Source of the DNA: Cyanophora paradoxa CCMP329
Lineage: Eukaryota; Plantae; Glaucophyta
Length of the DNA stretch: 64,000 nt
Reading direction: 5' to 3'
Assembly (NCBI GenBank): GCA_004431415.1
Contig: QPMI01000623.1
Location: 104,470 to 168,469 of the forward strand
Position 1 is the first letter of the stretch. Each line of letters starts with the position of its first letter. Of the stretch, positions 58,978-64,000 are shown piece by piece. The position numbers were made by a program, and so were the translations under genes. The notes below the pieces were generated by a model. That model ran no database searches. It was not told the DNA's origin and saw nothing but the letters and a program-made list of their open reading frames with translations.

Positions 58978-60175
58978 ATGGACTCGCCCAGCACACTTTT
59001 TTGCCGCCAACAAAGGTACGCTGATCTGCGACGCTGTCTCCAGCAGCGCCTTTGATCGGCGCAACGCGATGGAGGGACGTGTCGAACTTTATGGAGGAGT
59101 GGAAGAGTCCGTGGAGGAGATGCTGGAGTTTCGCGACGTTCTCGATGGCGCAGAGGACTGCCGCCTTGCCATGAGGTACAGTGGAAGTGGGTGTGTCTGT
59201 ACATCCGATCCCGCGCCTCACTCGCGCACCCCGCCGCAGAGGTCGGCCTTGCACGGCGCGCGCTCGAGAGCGGTTACTTCCCGCAATGACCACTGGCACA
59301 GCGAAATTCTGTGCTCACAAAGGACCTCCCTCGGATTCGTTATCTCTACTACGTGTACACGGTGCGCGCGTGTGGATGGCGACACGCTTGAGCGCATCCA
59401 ACTTTCGCGCGCGCGCGCTGGGACGCTGCGCGCAGACTGGTGCTTCGACAGTTTGTTGGAATTACGTCCATACCGAGCTGCCGCGCTACCTCGCCAAGAG
59501 CGAGCTCGTCCGCTGCAGCATCGACAAAGTCGAAGCGCGCTTCCACAGAGGTCGCTCCGGCCGCCGCTTCTCGCCGGGGACGCTCACGTCGCACAGGCTT
59601 CCTTGCTCGATGACTGTACCGAGCTGAAGAGCTCGCCAGGCGAAATCCGCTACCTCTCGGGTTCGCGGTGGCGCGCGTCGCCCATCGTCGGCGCTCTGCT
59701 CAGTGACGGCTTCAACGTCTCGAAGTCTACACCTACGGCAGTCCGGCAGCGCGCGCGCCGTGGCCGCCGCGGCTCACACCGGGCCCGTCGCCAGCGATGT
59801 TCACGGACGGGCCGGGCGCGCGTTCGACGCGTCGGGGATCAAGCTGTACCGGTGAAGCGGAGGGGATCGCTGCCGCAGCTGCCCTCGAATCGACGGCTCG
59901 CGCACTGGGCGCCGAGGTCGCTCCTCGACGGCCCGCTTCGCCTTCCGCCAGCGCGCCGCCGCCGCCGCCGCCTCCTGGCCGCTCCCAGGCGCCCCTCCCC
60001 CGTCGCCGCGAACGGTGCCCGACGGGGCGGCGTGCGTGGCGACCTGACGGCACAAGCAAAGCTGGCCCTGTACCCGCTCTCGAGTACGTCCGCCTCTCCG
60101 CGCAAGCTCGAGAACGCTGTCCGCGAGCCGCCCCCCGCCCCCAGCCAGGGGCCTAGAGCCGCCGCGATCTTGTGA
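58978..60175 (+). CDS. Hypothetical protein
   Basis: Coding-like segments (VELYGGVEESVEEMLEFRDVL, VHTELPRYLAKSELVRCSIDK, IRYLSGSRWRASPIVGALL) with intron-like spacers. Confidence 0.4.
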
Positions 60176-60381
60176 ATTCTGGCTCTCGCATTGCACGTTC
60201 AGGATAAGCAACAGTGCTACGTTTACCTGACAGCCATTTAGCTAGTAGTCGACGGAAAGAGCTGCGCGCGCGTCGCCTATCGTGGAGGGCGGACAGAGGG
60301 CAGCTCCCAAGCGAAGGGAGCTCCCTGACTTCTCCGTGCGCTCGCGAGGCAGGGGTGCGGTGGTGGGGCTCGTCGGGTGAT

Positions 60382-62984
60382 GGAATGGTGATGGAGAGGC
60401 AGGAAGCGCGCGCACGCAGCGGCGCCTCTCAAGCCGGCGCGGCGGCCGCCTGGCGCCCTCGAGCGTGCACGTGCACGCAGACCGGTCGCGCTCCAGGCAG
60501 CCTGAACGCGCAGCGTGACGTAGCGGAGCTGCATGAGCAGTCAGTGCGCGACCTCCGGAATCCGGGGCCAAGGGAAGCACTTGTCTTCAGGAGAGCTTAT
60601 GTGCTCGGAGAGCAGTTTAGCCAGCAACGCCAGCTCCTGCGCGCTGAATATCTTAGCTATAGCGCGATTCGCTTGCGCTCGAATCCAGACAGGCGCGCAA
60701 AGCTGCGCGAACCAGCAGCGCGTGGGATTCACTCGCTTGCGCGATTCGCTTGCGCTCGAATCAGACAGGCGCGCAAAGCTGCGCGAGACCAGCAGCGTGG
60801 GATTCAGAATCTGTACAACTGCGCAGCATGTGCTAGCGCAGCCGCGCGCGCGAGCGCCTCTCGCTGCACTTCACGGCGCGTCAGTTACCGCTGGCGGACG
60901 ACGGCAACGGAAACGCACGGTGCAACATCCGCACGGCGCGAAGATAGGGACCTCCGAATGCAAGGCGTGGTGTCCGCACGACGGCCCCCCCCCCCCCCCC
61001 TCCCCTCCCCCCCACGAACCTTTCACGTACCCCTCGGGACGAGCCCGGATTGCCAAGCAGAAAGGCACCCGTCCAGCGGCTTCGGAAATCGATGAGTGGA
61101 ATGGAGGATGACGGAGGGGCGATGTCGGATATGAGTGCTTCGCTGGAGCCAGCGAAGGAGGGCGGCAGTGGGACACCGCAGAAGAAGGAGCGCAAACCGC
61201 GAGCCGATAAAGGTTAGCCGGTCCCCTAGAACCCATTTCCGATCAAGAAAGACCCCGGTTGCAGGGAAAAAGCGAGGTCCCTACAAGTCGCGGAAGTCGG
61301 CCGGCGAGTCTTCGAGTGGCGTCCCCACTCCGAAACCGGCCAGCAAGCCCGCGTCCGTCCTTTTCATGTCCGATCCCTTCGCCTCGCTGACGGAAATCCA
61401 GCTCGGCACCAAGGAGTCGGGCTTCGGCGACGACGAACTCGATTCAACACATACCGCCTCCTCAAATGCTCGCAACGCATGGATCCCTGATGCGCTGGGG
61501 TCCCGATATGGTCCGTGACTTCACTGGGGTGCTCGTGGAGGCTGGTACGTAGCCAATCACGTCCTTCAAGTTCGAGCCGTTTCACGAGCCTTGGGCAGGG
61601 CTCGACGCCCTTCGCTGCGGCATGCTCTTGCACCGTATTCACGAGGTTAGTTGCTTTCCGGTCTCGCCTGCCGCGCCTTCGTCTGACAGTGAACAACAGC
61701 TGTACGGGCCGGACGGGCACCCGAAAGAGTTCCGACAGCTGCGGCAGGAGGGAATCGTCTACACCCGCCTGTTGGGCAGTCTTGCGCAGCAGACTCTGGA
61801 TCCGCAAGTGCTGCAGGCGCTGCCCGTGATCGAGAACCATGTAACGATGGCAGCCCGTCTCACGGGCATCGAAACAAGCTCCCCCGGCTTCCCCTTCATG
61901 CTCCAGCGCGTCGCTGCGGTGCGCTCTCTGTTTCCGATTTTCTCAAAGAGAGCTCTAAGCACCACTGCAGACGATCTTGCAGCCGGACAACCCTCCGCGA
62001 GTGAATGTGTGGCCAGCGCCGGAGGTGATCCAGCTGGCGCGGGTGAGGCAGAGCGAGGGCGTGCAGCAGGCGTGGTGGAACACGACTTGCGATGACCTCG
62101 TCCTCGAGCAGGTGCCCCCGGTCCCGCCCCTGCTGCTCGCTGGCGTGCTCGCTCAGGCCTTGCAGGCATCCCACCTGGGGATTGGGGACGGCTCGTGCCT
62201 GGTGCTGCTGGCGCGGCTTCGGCGGGTGCTGTTGGCGCCGCACGCGAACGCGGACAAGACGGGGGTCAGCGCGAAGGCGCTCCCGTGGTGCGTGCCGGTC
62301 GTGCGGGAGCTCATGGGGGCGTGCGCGGAGCTCTCCCTCGACCCCCTCCGCTCCGGCTTCCTCGTCCACCGCATCCACGAGGCCTGTCCCGCCCCGCCCG
62401 CCCCGCCGCCGCCGCGCTCACGGGCGCCGCAGTTCTTCGCGGGGGAGCAGGTCCTCCTCCCCTTCCCCCGCTCCCGCGATCTGGAGCTCCAGAGCCGCCT
62501 CGGCCCTCCCCCGCCGACCGCCCAGCACGCCCACCCCCGAACCTCGGACGGCGCCGCGGCTTCCTCCGGAGGGGCGCCCCTCGCCCTTCCGGCGCCCTCG
62601 CAGGGCGGAGCGGCCGGTGGCCGGCAGGATGTGCCCTCCTCCTTCGTGCCCCCCGTGGGCGAGGAGGACGGCGAGTCGGCGGCCAAGCGGCACCGGACGA
62701 GCGACGGGCGCGACCACGGCGGGCGCCCCGGCGAGGGCTCCGCGCCCAACGGCCAGCGCATGATGCAGGGCCAGCGCCCCGCCGCGTCGGGCTCCGGCAC
62801 CTACCCGGGGGCGCCCTACGCGTCGTCCTACAACCAGCCTTCGCCGGCGTCGGTGCGCGGGGCGGGGCGGGGGCGGCGGGCGGGCTGAGGGCGGCCGCAG
62901 TTCGCGCTCTTCTCGAGCTACACGTACCCGCAGTCGACGATGCACGGCGGAGACGAGGGCGAGGTCGAGTCCGTCGGCATGTGA
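60382..62984 (+). CDS. Hypothetical protein (basic KKRGPYKSRK segment and a globular central domain); start uncertain
   Basis: Long coding-like exons (QLYGPDGHPKEFRQLRQEGIVYTRLL, VQQAWWNTTCDDLVLEQV); ends ...EVESVGM*. Confidence 0.5.
60662..60806. repeat. Imperfect tandem duplication of about 70 bp
   Basis: gcgcgattcgcttgcgctcgaatc...gtgggattca occurs at about 60662-60731 and 60739-60806; the copies differ by small indels. Confidence 0.85.
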
Positions 62985-63091
62985 AGCCGCCCCGCCGCCC
63001 CGCCGCCGGCCCCCGGCCCGTTTTACATTGTTTAGTGCATGTAAGAGAACCAGAGTAGGAGCAGCCGGCGCGAAGGGGCGGGGGAGGGGCG

Positions 63092-64000
63092 TTACGGGCG
63101 CGGGTGCCGTGGAGGCGGCGGGAGCGGGAGGCGGTGAGGGTGGACGAGAGGGAGGGCCGCCCCCGGGTGACGAAGGAGGCGCCAGGGCCGGCGTGCAGGG
63201 GTGCCCCGCCGCGGGCGCGCCGGGCGCCGGCCCGCTGTTCGGGCGGAGAGGCGCTCCTCGAGGGCCCCCGGCACCGCCCGCAGCGGCGCCTCCTCCCGCA
63301 TGGTACGCGCATCAGCCGCCTCCCGCGGGCTCTGCGCCGCCCCCGGCTCGGTTGCGCGGGGGAGGGCGGGGCGGGCGGGGCGCACGACGGTGGCGGAGTC
63401 GCGAAGGAGGTCGGAGAGGGCGCGCTCTATGCGCGGCCGCCGCTCGAAGTAGGCCGGGTACCGCTTCTGCAGCGGCGACGGGTCCCGCGCCGGCCGCGGC
63501 GGCGAGATCGAGGGGCCGCGCGGCGCCCGCGTGTGCTGGTACAAGTCCTCGATCGACTGCAGCCGCCGCCTGCCCGCCTCGCCGCGCCACCTGCCGCCCC
63601 TCGCAGCCGTCCCTCGCGGCGCCGCACGGTCGGTGTGGCACCCGTCGGTGGCAAGGCGGGACTGGGTCGCTCCGCGTGGCGGGCGGCTGCCGGAGGCCTC
63701 GAACTCGGCGTCCGCCCGCGCGAAGGCGTCCCCCCCGAAGCTGCCGGAGACACGCCGCGCCCCGTCGGGGGCGCGGCGCGGGGGGCGGGCGTCGCGGAGC
63801 GCGGGAGGCAGGAGCTCCTCGCCGCGGGCCGCCTCCTCGCGCCAGGCGTCCCCCTCGAGGTCGCCCGCGCCCCCGCTTCCGACCGCCCCCGCGCCGCCTC
63901 GACCCCCCGCAGCCGCGCCACCGACCCTGTGCTCAACGCCGACACCCGCCGCCGGCCCGCCCCGCTCGGCCCCGCAACGTCGGCGTCGGCGTCGGGGGCG
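63092..64000 (-). CDS. 3' part of a hypothetical gene entering from beyond the window
   Basis: LQSIEDLYQHT...KRYPAYFERRPRIERALSDLLRDS followed by an intron-like spacer and a stop at 63092. Confidence 0.45.
   Translation of the reverse strand, partial: RPRRRRRRCGAERGGPAAGVGVEHRVGGAAAGGRGGAGAVGSGGAGDLEGDAWREEAARGEELLPPALRDARPPRRAPDGARRVSGSFGGDAFARADAEFEASGSRPPRGATQSRLATDGCHTDRAAPRGTAARGGRWRGEAGRRRLQSIEDLYQHTRAPRGPSISPPRPARDPSPLQKRYPAYFERRPRIERALSDLLRDSATVVRPARPALPRATEPGAAQSPREAADARTMREEAPLRAVPGALEERLSARTAGRRPARPRRGTPARRPWRLLRHPGAALPLVHPHRLPLPPPPRHPRP

Noticed and set aside
60662-60806. 70-bp duplication as a functional repeat
   Set aside because: The copies differ only by scattered small indels in an error-rich region, so an assembly artefact cannot be excluded.
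60810-60965. TnpB/Fanzor C-terminus suggested by CAAC...DRD
   Set aside because: No second CxxC, no NAAxN motif and no RuvC I/II motifs; DRD is probably in a non-coding frame.
1-64000. Hundreds of long Arg/Pro/Ala/Gly-rich ORFs in the six-frame track (e.g. 43757-46621 +, 7766-10666 +, 26636-28921 +)
   Set aside because: They are shadow or read-through frames caused by stop-codon scarcity at very high GC, and they overlap spliced genes with recognisable motifs.

Overview
Very GC-rich eukaryotic nuclear DNA, gene-dense, with many short (about 50-80 bp) introns. Three plastid transit peptides carry an N-proximal Phe (MAFITPVP, MTAFSFSP, MASAFATVP); together with the intron density this points to a glaucophyte alga of the Cyanophora type (inference). 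I reconstructed about 20 spliced genes by hand. Recognisable ones are a METTL21-family methyltransferase, an NAA80-like GNAT, a START-domain protein, a secreted and probably GPI-anchored glycoside hydrolase-like protein, mitochondrial PDH E1-alpha, a PP7-like phosphatase, an F-box/LRR/cyclin fusion, DUF4079, an SLC35B3-like transporter, topoisomerase II and a CSPP1-like protein; several others are coiled-coil hypotheticals. Most long ORFs in the supplied track are GC shadow frames. Most striking observations: (1) downstream copies of the METTL21 3' end that differ from the gene only at synonymous sites, flanking a decayed TIR element, which resembles a target-regenerating integration site; (2) 11 of 31 introns in TOP2 and PDHA use weak GC donors; (3) a 61-nt intron that is almost entirely a perfect 21-bp hairpin ending on the acceptor AG (mirtron or introner candidate); (4) fold-back micro-insertions visible between repeat copies, which may explain the palindrome-saturated intergenic DNA; (5) a cyclin F-like F-box-LRR-cyclin fusion. 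Gene boundaries are manual, and several single-base frameshifts look like assembly errors.
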